A stretch of 64,000 nucleotides of DNA from an uncultured Candidatus Saccharibacteria bacterium (GTDB lineage Bacteria > Patescibacteriota > Minisyncoccia > Phycocordibacterales > SBAW01): assembly GCA_964615415.1 (NCBI GenBank), contig CAZTNI010000002.1, positions 104,687-168,686 of the forward strand, read 5' to 3'. The notes beneath the pieces were generated by a model. The model was not told the DNA's origin and made no database searches. It was given only the letters and a program-made list of their open reading frames with translations. A program made the position numbers and the translations under genes. Shown one piece after another: positions 28,155-37,482 of this stretch. The number at the start of each line of letters is the position of its first letter. Within the stretch, counting starts at the first letter, position 1.

Positions 28155-28607
28155 ATGAAGCTCACACCATATCTGCTTATCGCGGGCGCCTTAATTGGTA
28201 TTGGCGATACAGCGTTTTTGTCGTACTACCAGTATTTAAATCTTATTCCGTCGTGTGCGGTCGGAGGCTGCGAGGTGGTATTGTCGCACGCGCTGTCTAA
28301 ATTCTTTGGTGTGCCGTGGGGATACATCGGCTTGGTGTACTATGCCTTTGCACTTTTCCTCGCATTCTTTTTGTCGTTCGACCAATACTCAAAAGGGTTG
28401 CGCGCAGCAGTATTGCTCTATACTGCAATCGGCGTCGTGTGTTCAGCGATCTTTATCTTCTATATCCAGATGGCGATCATCGGTGCGATCTGTCTGTACT
28501 GTGCAATTTCCGCAGGCACGACTGCATTCCTCTTTATAGTAGCGCTCTGGCACTACCTTACGACAAAGCCGAGACACCTCGACATTCGTCAGGATCTTAC
28601 ACGGTAG
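28155..28607 (+). CDS. vitamin K epoxide reductase (VKOR)-like membrane protein
   Basis: 4 TM helices; loop cysteines CAVGGC and CxxC (CLYC) within a TM segment. Confidence 0.5.
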   Translation: MKLTPYLLIAGALIGIGDTAFLSYYQYLNLIPSCAVGGCEVVLSHALSKFFGVPWGYIGLVYYAFALFLAFFLSFDQYSKGLRAAVLLYTAIGVVCSAIFIFYIQMAIIGAICLYCAISAGTTAFLFIVALWHYLTTKPRHLDIRQDLTR

Positions 28608-28608
28608 A

Positions 28609-29388
28609 TTAAAACTCTGGGTAGGCGGGGCGACGCATTCTTTTATAGAGACGCCACAGACCGTAGAGGAACAGTACTGCAAAGAGCGGGTAGAAAATAG
28701 CCGCGTTTGAAATCAAGTATTTCAGAATATTGAAGAGGTGGAGGAGAAGGGTCGCAGCGATGGTCCAAATCGTGCCCACAATACCCCCGTCTTCTTTTGT
28801 GTCTTGTGCGCCAGCGATACTACCCGACGAGGTTGCTTTCTTTTTTGTCGCTTGTTCTTCAGCCCACGCAATGCCTTTATCGATTGCACTGACTGCAGAA
28901 TTGCGCACTGAGTCGATTCCGGAAAATACAGGAGTCGCTGCTTGTGCAACGCCGGGCGAAAGGTTTGCGAGTTGTGCCTGAATATCCTCAGACGACTCTA
29001 CGATTGTCGGCTCGTTTGAGTCTGGTTTTGGCTTTTCCTGAATACGAAATGTTGCAGACTGCTTTTCGGCTACCTCTCCGTCGGTTGCAGTAAGAGTAGC
29101 TTCAATGGTGTGCGAACCAGCAACCGGCTTCCACGACACAGACACGGCTTGTGCTTCTTGGGCGGCAAGAGTAACCGGCACCGTACCGATTTTCACATCG
29201 CCTTCTTTCAGAATAAGAGTGCCGGTAAACGCCTCTATGTTTTCGTTCGACACCACGGCGTGGATAAGCACGGTTTCTCCTTCTGTCACTGCGTTGCGAG
29301 AAAGAAAGAGCGACTGTTTGCTAAACCCGGCAGCAAAGGTAAGGGTAGGGAGCGCAAAAAAGACGAGCGCAATGAACAGCTGTTTCAT
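28609..29388 (-). CDS. membrane hypothetical protein (signal peptide + C-terminal TM)
   Basis: Start set to MKQLFIALVFFALPTLTFA; C-terminal TM helices. Confidence 0.4.
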   Translation of the reverse strand: MKQLFIALVFFALPTLTFAAGFSKQSLFLSRNAVTEGETVLIHAVVSNENIEAFTGTLILKEGDVKIGTVPVTLAAQEAQAVSVSWKPVAGSHTIEATLTATDGEVAEKQSATFRIQEKPKPDSNEPTIVESSEDIQAQLANLSPGVAQAATPVFSGIDSVRNSAVSAIDKGIAWAEEQATKKKATSSGSIAGAQDTKEDGGIVGTIWTIAATLLLHLFNILKYLISNAAIFYPLFAVLFLYGLWRLYKRMRRPAYPEF

Positions 29389-29430
29389 ATACACCCAGTA
29401 TACCCCACGCACGCGTGCTACAATTTTTGC

Positions 29431-30495
29431 ATGCGCAAGGTTTTGCACAAGCTGCGACAGTACTTTTTTCCGTCGCATCATAATGCGTACCGGCCTCATA
29501 TTCTAAAAAAACAGTGGCTCCTCTTTTTTCTTACGATGGTACTTACTGCGGAAGCAGTCTTTGTAGGAGGCGCGCTACTAAAACAAACGGGGATACAGTT
29601 TCTTGCTGCGGTACTGCCGGGAGAGATTATTGCGTTCACTAATACCGAACGCTCAGGAGTGGCCGTGGGTACGGTAGTTGAATCTTCGCTGCTTTCAAAA
29701 GCTGCGCAAGCTAAAGCGGAAGACATGGCAGCAAAAGGATATTTTTCGCATGTTGGGCCGGATGGCAAAGAGCCGTGGGTATGGATAGAAGAAGCAGGAT
29801 ACAGCTACACGTATGCAGGAGAAAACCTGGCAGTCCGATTTTTAGACTCTCATCAAGTAGTTGATGCGTGGATGGCGTCCCCAAGCCACCGCGCAAACAT
29901 TGTAAAAGGGCAGTACACCGAAATCGGCGTAGGTGTTGCAGAAGGTATGTATGAAGGCCAACCTGCAACGTATGTGGTGCAGTACTTTGGCACGCCGCGT
30001 GTTGCAGCAGTTGCACAAGCCGCTGAACCAGTCTCCACTCCTGCGTCGGTTGTTGATGAAGAAGAGACCGTTTCTGCACCAGTAATTCCAGAACCTGAAG
30101 TGCAAGGTGTCGCAACGCCAGTTGTTACAGAAATTGTGCCAGACGTCGAGCTGCCGGCTGCCGTTGAGTCGCAAGGAGGAGTGGAAGCATATCTGCGCGC
30201 TGTCTTTGAAGGAATTATGCGTGCAGATACATCCGCGCTATGGCTTATCGGCGGCATAGCGGCGCTGCTGGTGGTCGCACTTCTGCTAGCATTCTTTATA
30301 CATCTCCAAGTGCAACCGACCGATATGTTAATGAGCGGAGCAACTGTTGCAGCAATTGCGATAACACTGCTTGCGATTAATGCGTACTATGTGCGACCTG
30401 GGGGAGTTGATACGCCGCTCGGTGCTTCTGTTGCGACGGCGCTCCCAGAAGGCGTGGTGGGCGACAGTGCTGCATTTGCGGAGGCATCCTTTTAA
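29431..30495 (+). CDS. CAP/SCP (YkwD-like) domain protein with C-terminal TM
   Basis: GYFSHVGPDGKEPWVWIEEAGYSYTYAGENLA...WMASPSHRANI are CAP-domain motifs; start at MRKVLHK; alternative starts possible. Confidence 0.5.
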   Translation: MRKVLHKLRQYFFPSHHNAYRPHILKKQWLLFFLTMVLTAEAVFVGGALLKQTGIQFLAAVLPGEIIAFTNTERSGVAVGTVVESSLLSKAAQAKAEDMAAKGYFSHVGPDGKEPWVWIEEAGYSYTYAGENLAVRFLDSHQVVDAWMASPSHRANIVKGQYTEIGVGVAEGMYEGQPATYVVQYFGTPRVAAVAQAAEPVSTPASVVDEEETVSAPVIPEPEVQGVATPVVTEIVPDVELPAAVESQGGVEAYLRAVFEGIMRADTSALWLIGGIAALLVVALLLAFFIHLQVQPTDMLMSGATVAAIAITLLAINAYYVRPGGVDTPLGASVATALPEGVVGDSAAFAEASF

Positions 30496-30525
30496 ACACT
30501 CACAAGAGTGGTACACTACAACTAT

Positions 30526-31017
30526 ATGTCAAAACGATTTACACAAGGTGTCGCGGTAGCAGCGTCTCTCGTTGTTGTCGCGCTTTTCTTTATTTTTGGT
30601 AGTCCGTTTGCTGCATCACTGTCACTCTTTCAAGGAGCTGGTGCGGCCAGTGGTCAAGCACAGCTTGTCGTGCAAGACGAAGTTATCGGCACTGGCACAA
30701 CCGCTATGCCCGGAGACATTGTGACTGTTAACTACACTGGTCGTCTGGAAAACGGTACTGTGTTCGACACGTCCGTTGGTCGCGGACCATTCCAGTTTAT
30801 CCTCGGCGCAGGACAAGTGATCCAAGGATGGGACCAGGGTCTTGCGGGCATGAAAGTGGGTGGTAAACGCATCCTTATTGTGCCGCCACAGCTTGGCTAT
30901 GGTAGCGATGCATACGGACCCATCCCGTCTAACTCAACTCTTATATTTGAAGTCACGTTGGTAAACGTTTCGCCTGCATCAAACAACCTCCTTCCGCAAA
31001 ACCCTTCCGCACAGTAG
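30526..31017 (+). CDS. FKBP-type peptidyl-prolyl cis-trans isomerase
   Basis: VTVNYTGRLENGTVFDTS...FILGAGQVIQGWDQGLAGMKVGGKRILIVPPQLGYG is the FKBP core. Confidence 0.8.
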   Translation: MSKRFTQGVAVAASLVVVALFFIFGSPFAASLSLFQGAGAASGQAQLVVQDEVIGTGTTAMPGDIVTVNYTGRLENGTVFDTSVGRGPFQFILGAGQVIQGWDQGLAGMKVGGKRILIVPPQLGYGSDAYGPIPSNSTLIFEVTLVNVSPASNNLLPQNPSAQ

Positions 31018-31029
31018 TATAGGGCTTCA

Positions 31030-32259
31030 ATGCGTCCGATTTCGTTTGATATCAAGCACGAACTGCCCGGCTCCCTTGCGCGAGCCGGCGTTTTGCATAC
31101 CCCACACGGCGATATTGAAACTCCGGCGTTTATTGCTGTCGGCACTAAAGCGAACGTAAAAGCGGTACCATCCGCAGTGTTTGAAAAGCTCGGCATCCAG
31201 GGAATTATTGCAAACACGTACCACCTCTACCTTTCCCCGGGAGAGAACTTGATACAAAAAGCAGGAGGTATTCATACGTTCATGGGATGGCAGGGGCCGA
31301 TTATGACTGACTCCGGTGGCTTCCAAGTATTTTCCCTCGGCGAAGGGTTTGGCAAAAAACTTTCAAAGTTTTTGCCGGAAGAAGCTGCTCGTGAAGAAGG
31401 CGTAGCAGTCTATGATGAAGAATTGGCGACGAGTCACGGAAAACTTGCGGTGATAGACGAAGATGGGGTGTCCTTTACGTCACACCTCGACGGCACGCTT
31501 CACCGCTTTACTCCAGAACGCTCGATAGAAATCCAGCATAAAATCGGTGCAGACATTATTTACGCATTCGATGAATGCACTGCACCAAATGCAGAATATG
31601 ACTATCAGAAGGAGGCGATGGATCGCACGCATCGCTGGGCAGAGCGCAGTTTAAAGGCGCATCGGCAAAATATTGATGCAAATAATAAGCAGGGTATCTA
31701 CGGCATCGTCCAAGGCGGGCGCTTTGCCGACCTGCGCATAGAAAGCGCGAAGGAAATTGCGGGGATGGACTTCGACGGTTTTGGCATCGGCGGTTCATTC
31801 AGTAAACACGATATCTTGGGTATTTTAGATAAAGTAAATCGCGAGTTGCCGAAGGAAAAACCACGCCACCTCCTTGGTATTGGCGAGCCGGAAGATATTT
31901 TTATTGGAGTTGAGGCCGGCATCGATACGTTCGACTGTGTGCTCCCGACACGCAACGGCCGTACGGGCGGGATGTACACCAAAGACGGCAAGAAACAGCT
32001 TCCTAATGCTGAGTTCCGCGAAGACTTCACACCGCTCGACGAAGGTTGCGAGTGTGGTGTATGTAAAAAATACACGCGCGCATACGTACATTCGCTCTTC
32101 CGCAGCAAAGAAATGTTAGGGCAAATCCTCCTTTCGCAGCACAACATCTTCTTCCTTACTAATTTAACGAAAAAAATCCGGGAATCGCTTCTTAATGGCA
32201 CCTTCGAGGAGTTTCGTGATACATTTTTAGGACGATATCAGGCTGCAAAAGCAGCATAA
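31030..32259 (+). CDS. tgt: queuine tRNA-ribosyltransferase (tRNA-guanine transglycosylase)
   Basis: Full-length Tgt match including the zinc motif CECGVCKKYTRAYVHSLF. Confidence 0.9.
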   Translation: MRPISFDIKHELPGSLARAGVLHTPHGDIETPAFIAVGTKANVKAVPSAVFEKLGIQGIIANTYHLYLSPGENLIQKAGGIHTFMGWQGPIMTDSGGFQVFSLGEGFGKKLSKFLPEEAAREEGVAVYDEELATSHGKLAVIDEDGVSFTSHLDGTLHRFTPERSIEIQHKIGADIIYAFDECTAPNAEYDYQKEAMDRTHRWAERSLKAHRQNIDANNKQGIYGIVQGGRFADLRIESAKEIAGMDFDGFGIGGSFSKHDILGILDKVNRELPKEKPRHLLGIGEPEDIFIGVEAGIDTFDCVLPTRNGRTGGMYTKDGKKQLPNAEFREDFTPLDEGCECGVCKKYTRAYVHSLFRSKEMLGQILLSQHNIFFLTNLTKKIRESLLNGTFEEFRDTFLGRYQAAKAA

Positions 32260-32264
32260 AGGGA

Positions 32265-32339
32265 GGCGAGTGGGACGATAAAAATGGGTTAGACTTGGCC
32301 TAACGGCCCGGAGTGCACATTTTTATCGTCCTACTCGCC
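32265..32339. repeat. long inverted repeat (22-bp arms with 1 mismatch, 31-nt loop) immediately after tgt
   Basis: GGCGAGTGGGACGATAAAAATG ... CATTTTTATCGTCCTACTCGCC; the loop contains the nested inverted repeat GTTAG/CTAAC. Confidence 0.6.
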
Positions 32340-32355
32340 GGACAACACCACTAGT

Positions 32356-34401
32356 ATGACTTTTAAAATCAAATCTAACTACAAACCAGCCGGTGACCAG
32401 CCAAAAGCGATTAAGGCGCTTGTGGAGGGATTGAAGCGTGGAGAAAATCATCAGACACTCCTTGGTGTCACCGGCTCGGGTAAAACATTTACTGCGGCAA
32501 ATGTTATTGAAGCCTACGGCAAGCCGACCCTTGTTATTGCACACAACAAAACACTCGCAGCACAGCTGGCGCAAGAGTATCGCGACTTCTTTCCGGATGC
32601 TGCAGTACACTACTTCGTGTCGTACTACGACTACTATCAACCAGAGGCCTACGTGCCGCATAGCGATACGTATATAGAAAAAGAGGCGCAGATTAACGAA
32701 GAGATCGAACGTCTTCGTCACGCGTCAACCCAAGCGCTTCTTTCGCGTAAAGACGTTATTATCGTGGCGTCGGTGTCATGTATTTACGGCCTCGGCTCAC
32801 CAGCAGAATATAAGAAGGCGCTCATAGAAATCGCCCCTGGGTTAAAGAAGAATCGCGCCGACTTTATCCGCGACCTTATCCATATTTACTTCGAGCGCAC
32901 GAACGCCGACATTACTCCGGGCACTTTCCGAGCGCTCGGTAACTCGGTTGAAATTATGCCGACCAACGAACGTGTGCTCTACCGCGTCGAGTTTGGTACC
33001 GACACAATAGAAAAAGTTCGCGTTATCGACCCAGTGACACGCGCCGAGCGCGAGGAAGCACACTCGGTATTTCTCTTCCCAACAAAGCATTATGTGACTC
33101 CGGAAGACGAACGCGACCGCGCTGTTGCAGACATTAAGCACGAGCTCGAGATGCAGCTTACAAAGTTGAATGCGCAAGGAAAAATGCTCGAGGCAGAACG
33201 CCTGAAGCGCCGCACCAACCACGACCTCGCTCTTATTAAAGAAATCGGCTACTGCAACGGTATTGAAAACTACTCCCGCCACTTCGACGGACGTAAGGCA
33301 GGGGAACCGTCTTACACCTTGCTCGACTACTTTCCGCACAATAAAGACGGCTCTGCAGACTTTCTTACCATTATCGACGAGTCGCACGTAACGGTGCCGC
33401 AAATTGGCGGTATGTACGCGGGCGACCAGGCACGCAAGACGACGCTCGTCGACTTCGGCTTCCGCTTGCCGTCTGCGCTCGACAATCGCCCGCTTCAGTT
33501 TGAAGAGTTTGAAGCGCGTATCGGGCAAACAATATATACGTCTGCGACTCCGGGGCCTTACGAAAAAGAAAAGTCAGGGAAAAGTGTTGTGGAGCAGATT
33601 ATTCGCCCGACTGGTCTTGTCGACCCGGAAATTATCGTGCGTCCAGTTACAGGGAATCGCGACGAAGACAAACGCGGCCAGGTGGAAGATTTCCTCGACG
33701 AAGTAGATAAGGTGGTGGAGCATGGCGGCCGCGTCATGGTCACAACGCTTACTAAAAAAATGGCCGAGGACTTGGCAGAGTTTCTTAAAGATAGAAAAAT
33801 TAAAGCAGCATACCTCCACTCTGATGTAGAAACACTCGATCGTATTACCACTCTTACTGAGCTGCGTAAGGGTACGTATGACGTATTGGTGGGCGTTAAC
33901 CTTTTGCGCGAGGGTCTCGATCTTCCTGAAGTAGAACTTGTGGCAATCTTGGATGCGGACAAATCGGGCTTCCTTCGCTCAGAAACGTCACTCATTCAAA
34001 CTATCGGCCGCGCGGCACGTAACGTGTTTGGTCGTGTGATCCTCTATGCCGACGAAATGACGCCGCAGCTCGACTTCGCAATTAAAGAAACTGAGCGCCG
34101 CCGCACCATCCAGATGGCGTATAACAAAGAACACAATATTACGCCGCAGACCGTAAAGAAAAATATTAAAGATATTACCGAGGGGCTCCGCACCGAGCAC
34201 GACAAAGCTGTGGGGGAGATGATTACTATCGAGCAAAAGCTCTACAAGGAAAATCCGCGCAAATTTATTGCAGAAAAGCGCGAGCAAATGGCACAAGCCG
34301 TAAAAGACCTAGACTTCGAAACAGCAGCGCTTATTCGTGATGAACTAGCTGCCTTAACAGGAGAAAAGCTAACTACTAAGCCAAAAAAGCCTAAAAATTA
34401 A
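32356..34401 (+). CDS. uvrB: excinuclease ABC subunit B
   Basis: GVTGSGKT Walker A, helicase motifs and C-terminal UvrB/C interaction motif; 681 aa. Confidence 0.95.
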   Translation: MTFKIKSNYKPAGDQPKAIKALVEGLKRGENHQTLLGVTGSGKTFTAANVIEAYGKPTLVIAHNKTLAAQLAQEYRDFFPDAAVHYFVSYYDYYQPEAYVPHSDTYIEKEAQINEEIERLRHASTQALLSRKDVIIVASVSCIYGLGSPAEYKKALIEIAPGLKKNRADFIRDLIHIYFERTNADITPGTFRALGNSVEIMPTNERVLYRVEFGTDTIEKVRVIDPVTRAEREEAHSVFLFPTKHYVTPEDERDRAVADIKHELEMQLTKLNAQGKMLEAERLKRRTNHDLALIKEIGYCNGIENYSRHFDGRKAGEPSYTLLDYFPHNKDGSADFLTIIDESHVTVPQIGGMYAGDQARKTTLVDFGFRLPSALDNRPLQFEEFEARIGQTIYTSATPGPYEKEKSGKSVVEQIIRPTGLVDPEIIVRPVTGNRDEDKRGQVEDFLDEVDKVVEHGGRVMVTTLTKKMAEDLAEFLKDRKIKAAYLHSDVETLDRITTLTELRKGTYDVLVGVNLLREGLDLPEVELVAILDADKSGFLRSETSLIQTIGRAARNVFGRVILYADEMTPQLDFAIKETERRRTIQMAYNKEHNITPQTVKKNIKDITEGLRTEHDKAVGEMITIEQKLYKENPRKFIAEKREQMAQAVKDLDFETAALIRDELAALTGEKLTTKPKKPKN

Positions 34402-34738
34402 GAATACTTGACATTTATTGTAAGTGGGTGTATTATAGTAAATGGAGGCTCTTCTATAGAGGTTTATTCTTACCTTGTCGGTGGAAAGCGGTGCTGTGGG
34501 GGCTTGCTCCTTATGCCCGTTTGATCCAATACCGTCAACGGCGAAGAAATACTCGTGAACAAGGTGTGAGGCCCAGCCTCTATCCTATTTCACCCTCTAG
34601 GGTTTGTCGGGTCCATAAAGTTTTGCCCGCTCTATCCAAACCCTGTTCCTCCCGTCAAAGATTCGGGAGTCGTCGTTAACTAACTAACATGAATAGGCCC
34701 GCTGTCTCTCTATTGGGATGGCGGGCCACTTATTTTTT
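34402..34738 (+). ncRNA. candidate structured non-coding RNA or long leader (unidentified)
   Basis: 337-nt coding-free gap between uvrB and uvrA; several hairpins (e.g. CTCCCG-N9-CGGGAG); ends with intrinsic terminator GGCCCGC...GCGGGCC + T7 at 34697-34738; only an R-rich low-complexity ORF. Confidence 0.3.
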
Positions 34739-34753
34739 ACAGATGAGCTACTT

Positions 34754-34789
34754 GTGTATCCTGTGTATAAGTCAGTGGATTTGTGTACA
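34754..34789. promoter_or_regulatory. three direct TGTGTA(T/C) repeats upstream of uvrA
   Basis: TGTGTAT at 34754 and 34763 and TGTGTAC at 34783, about 90-120 bp upstream of the uvrA ATG. Confidence 0.3.
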
Positions 34790-34874
34790 AGTAGGGTACT
34801 ATTAGTGTGTGACTAAGCGTGGTATACTGCTCTATACCCACCCCTCGGAGCATCCGTGGGGCCATTAACGTTAT

Positions 34875-37457
34875 ATGGCTGAAGAATTTATACATATCAA
34901 AGGCGCCAAGACGCACAATCTTAAGAATATCGACCTTAAGATTCCGCGTAACAAGATGGTGATTTTTACAGGACTCTCCGGTAGCGGAAAGTCATCTTTG
35001 GCGTTCGACACTATTTTTGCAGAAGGGCAGCGCCGTTACGTTGAGTCGCTTTCCGCATACGCGCGACAATTCTTGCGCCAGATGCAAAAACCGGATGTAG
35101 AGGAAATTACAGGTCTTTCCCCAGCAATTTCTATCGACCAAAAGTCTCGCTCTAACAATCCGCGCTCAACCGTTGCAACAATTACTGAAATTTACGACTA
35201 CCTGCGTATTCTCTTTGCTCGCGTAGGGCACCCGCACTGTCCTGTGTGTGGTCGCGAGATCAAAAAACACTCAAACGAGGAAATTGTGCAGAGTGTTGTT
35301 GAAAGTGTTACTAAAAATGCTCCACAAAAGTCCCGCAACGTGATGGGTGTGGAAATTGCAGACGATGTCGTGCGTATTTACGCGCCGGTCGTTGTTGGTC
35401 GCAAGGGTGAATACTATCAACTGCTCTACGATCTGCTTGGTAAAGGCTTTGAGCGTGCAAAGATCGATGGCGAATTGAAGAGTTTGCGCGAGCAAGTCAT
35501 CCTTTCGAAGTATAAAAAGCACGACATAGACGCGCTTGTTGATGAAATTGTCATTACTGACTTTACTCGGCAGAAACAAGCAGCGCTCGAGCGCTTAAGT
35601 GAGGCGGTTGAGCGTGCGCTCGCAGAGTCTGAAGGCTTGGTGCGTATTGAAAGTGCGGGAGAGTCGCGCCTTATTTCTGCAAAGTTTATGTGTGCGTACG
35701 ACGGATTCTCTTTCCCGGAAGTAGAGCCGCGCCTGTTCTCATTTAACTCGCCGTACGGCGCGTGTCCTGCATGTAATGGCTTGGGTACGAAGCATTTTAT
35801 GGGCGAGGAGCCCTGCCCCGTCTGTAAGGGTGCGCGTTTGCGCCCAGAGTCACTTAATGTGTTTATTGGCGACAAGAAAAACATTGTCGATACTTCAACG
35901 TTTTCTATACAAAATGCATACGACTTCTTCGACTCGCTTGAATTAACTAAAAAAGAGCAAGAAATTTCTAAGACCATCATTAAGGAAATCATGGCGCGCC
36001 TGAAGTTTATGCTCGATGTGGGCTTGGACTACCTCACCCTCGACCGTCGTGCGAATACACTCTCCGGCGGCGAGGCGCAGCGCATTCGTCTTGCATCGCA
36101 ATTGGGGAGCGGCTTGGTGGGTGCACTCTACGTGCTCGACGAGCCGACCATCGGCCTCCATCAGCGTGACAACGAGCGCCTTATTAAAACATTGGTTAAC
36201 TTGCGCGACTTGGGCAACACTATTTTGGTTGTCGAGCACGACGAAGACACTATTTACGCAGGCGACTATCTTGTCGACATCGGCCCGGGTGCCGGCGTGC
36301 ATGGCGGCAACGTGGTCGTTGCGGACTACTTAGACAAGCTCCTTACTGCAAAGAAAAATGATAGCGGCTCGCTCACTTTGGCGTACTTGCGTGGCGAGAA
36401 GCAAATCGAGGTGCCGGAGAAACGTCGCGATGGCGAAAAAGGGCATATCAAAATTAAGGGTGGTAAGGCATTTAACATCGACAATCTTTCTGCAGAGATC
36501 CCGCTCGGCCGCTTGGTAACCATTACCGGCGTCTCTGGTTCAGGGAAGTCGACCTTCCTTTATGAAATTGTGCACCAAAACTTGCGCGCACGCTTCGATA
36601 AAAAATATCGCACGAACAAGGTCTACAACGCTGCATCATTTGATGTGACCGCACTCATTTCTCGTACGATTCTTATCGACCAGTCGCCTATCGGCCGCAC
36701 ACCACGCTCTAACCCGGCAACATATACCGGCGCCTTCCAACACATTCGCGACATGTTTGCAGAAACGACCGAGGCTCGTGCGCGCGGGTGGAAGTCATCC
36801 CGCTTTTCATTCAATGTGCCGCAGGCTCGTGGTGGCGGTCGCTGCGAAGCGTGCGAGGGTAACGGTATGATCGCAGTTGAAATGTCCTTCCTCCCGACTG
36901 TCTATGTGCTTTGCGACATTTGTAACGGCAAGCGCTTTACCAAGGAGACCTTGGAAGTGAAGTATAAAAAGAAGAGCATTTACGACGTGCTTGAAATGAC
37001 GGTTGAAGAGGGGCTCGAATTCTTTAAAGATATACCGGCAATTTACGATCGCTTAAAAACTTTGCAGGAAGTAGGGTTGGAATACTTGAAGTTAGGTCAG
37101 TCTGCGACGACACTCTCGGGCGGTGAGGCACAGCGCGTTAAAATTTCTGCCGAGCTCTACAAACCCCATCTCCAGAAAACGATTTATCTTCTTGATGAGC
37201 CTACGGTAGGTCTCCACTACGAAGACGTTTCTAAACTCATCGATATTCTGAACCGTCTTGTTGCGGCAGGGAACTCGGTTATTTTGATCGAGCACAATAT
37301 GGACGTTATAAAATGCTCGGACTACCTCCTCGACTTCGGTCCGGAAGGGGGTGTGGGTGGCGGCAAACTGATAGCAAAAGGCACACCAGAGGAAGTTGCA
37401 AACAATAAAAACTCTCACACGGGTAAGTACTTAAAACGCGTGCTCAAGGGCAAATAA
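34875..37457 (+). CDS. uvrA: excinuclease ABC subunit A
   Basis: Two ABC ATPase modules ([22 protein letters not shown]), zinc-finger cysteines; 860 aa. Confidence 0.95.
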   Translation: MAEEFIHIKGAKTHNLKNIDLKIPRNKMVIFTGLSGSGKSSLAFDTIFAEGQRRYVESLSAYARQFLRQMQKPDVEEITGLSPAISIDQKSRSNNPRSTVATITEIYDYLRILFARVGHPHCPVCGREIKKHSNEEIVQSVVESVTKNAPQKSRNVMGVEIADDVVRIYAPVVVGRKGEYYQLLYDLLGKGFERAKIDGELKSLREQVILSKYKKHDIDALVDEIVITDFTRQKQAALERLSEAVERALAESEGLVRIESAGESRLISAKFMCAYDGFSFPEVEPRLFSFNSPYGACPACNGLGTKHFMGEEPCPVCKGARLRPESLNVFIGDKKNIVDTSTFSIQNAYDFFDSLELTKKEQEISKTIIKEIMARLKFMLDVGLDYLTLDRRANTLSGGEAQRIRLASQLGSGLVGALYVLDEPTIGLHQRDNERLIKTLVNLRDLGNTILVVEHDEDTIYAGDYLVDIGPGAGVHGGNVVVADYLDKLLTAKKNDSGSLTLAYLRGEKQIEVPEKRRDGEKGHIKIKGGKAFNIDNLSAEIPLGRLVTITGVSGSGKSTFLYEIVHQNLRARFDKKYRTNKVYNAASFDVTALISRTILIDQSPIGRTPRSNPATYTGAFQHIRDMFAETTEARARGWKSSRFSFNVPQARGGGRCEACEGNGMIAVEMSFLPTVYVLCDICNGKRFTKETLEVKYKKKSIYDVLEMTVEEGLEFFKDIPAIYDRLKTLQEVGLEYLKLGQSATTLSGGEAQRVKISAELYKPHLQKTIYLLDEPTVGLHYEDVSKLIDILNRLVAAGNSVILIEHNMDVIKCSDYLLDFGPEGGVGGGKLIAKGTPEEVANNKNSHTGKYLKRVLKGK

Positions 37458-37482
37458 CACGAGTATGCTATAATGTCAAAAT

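Noticed and set aside
34428-34679. 83-aa ORF in the uvrB-uvrA gap
   Set aside because: Extremely Arg-rich low-complexity sequence with no RBS. The region is better explained as non-coding or structured RNA.
34402-34738. Assignment of the intergenic RNA candidate to RNase P RNA, SRP RNA or tmRNA
   Set aside because: It has partial resemblances only (GGAAAG..GGGCU, GGUGCUGU). The decisive conserved blocks are absent: the P4 3' strand ACAGAANCCGGCUUA, the SRP GGAAGCAGC, and the tmRNA tag ORF with a tRNA-like 3' end. It is left unassigned.
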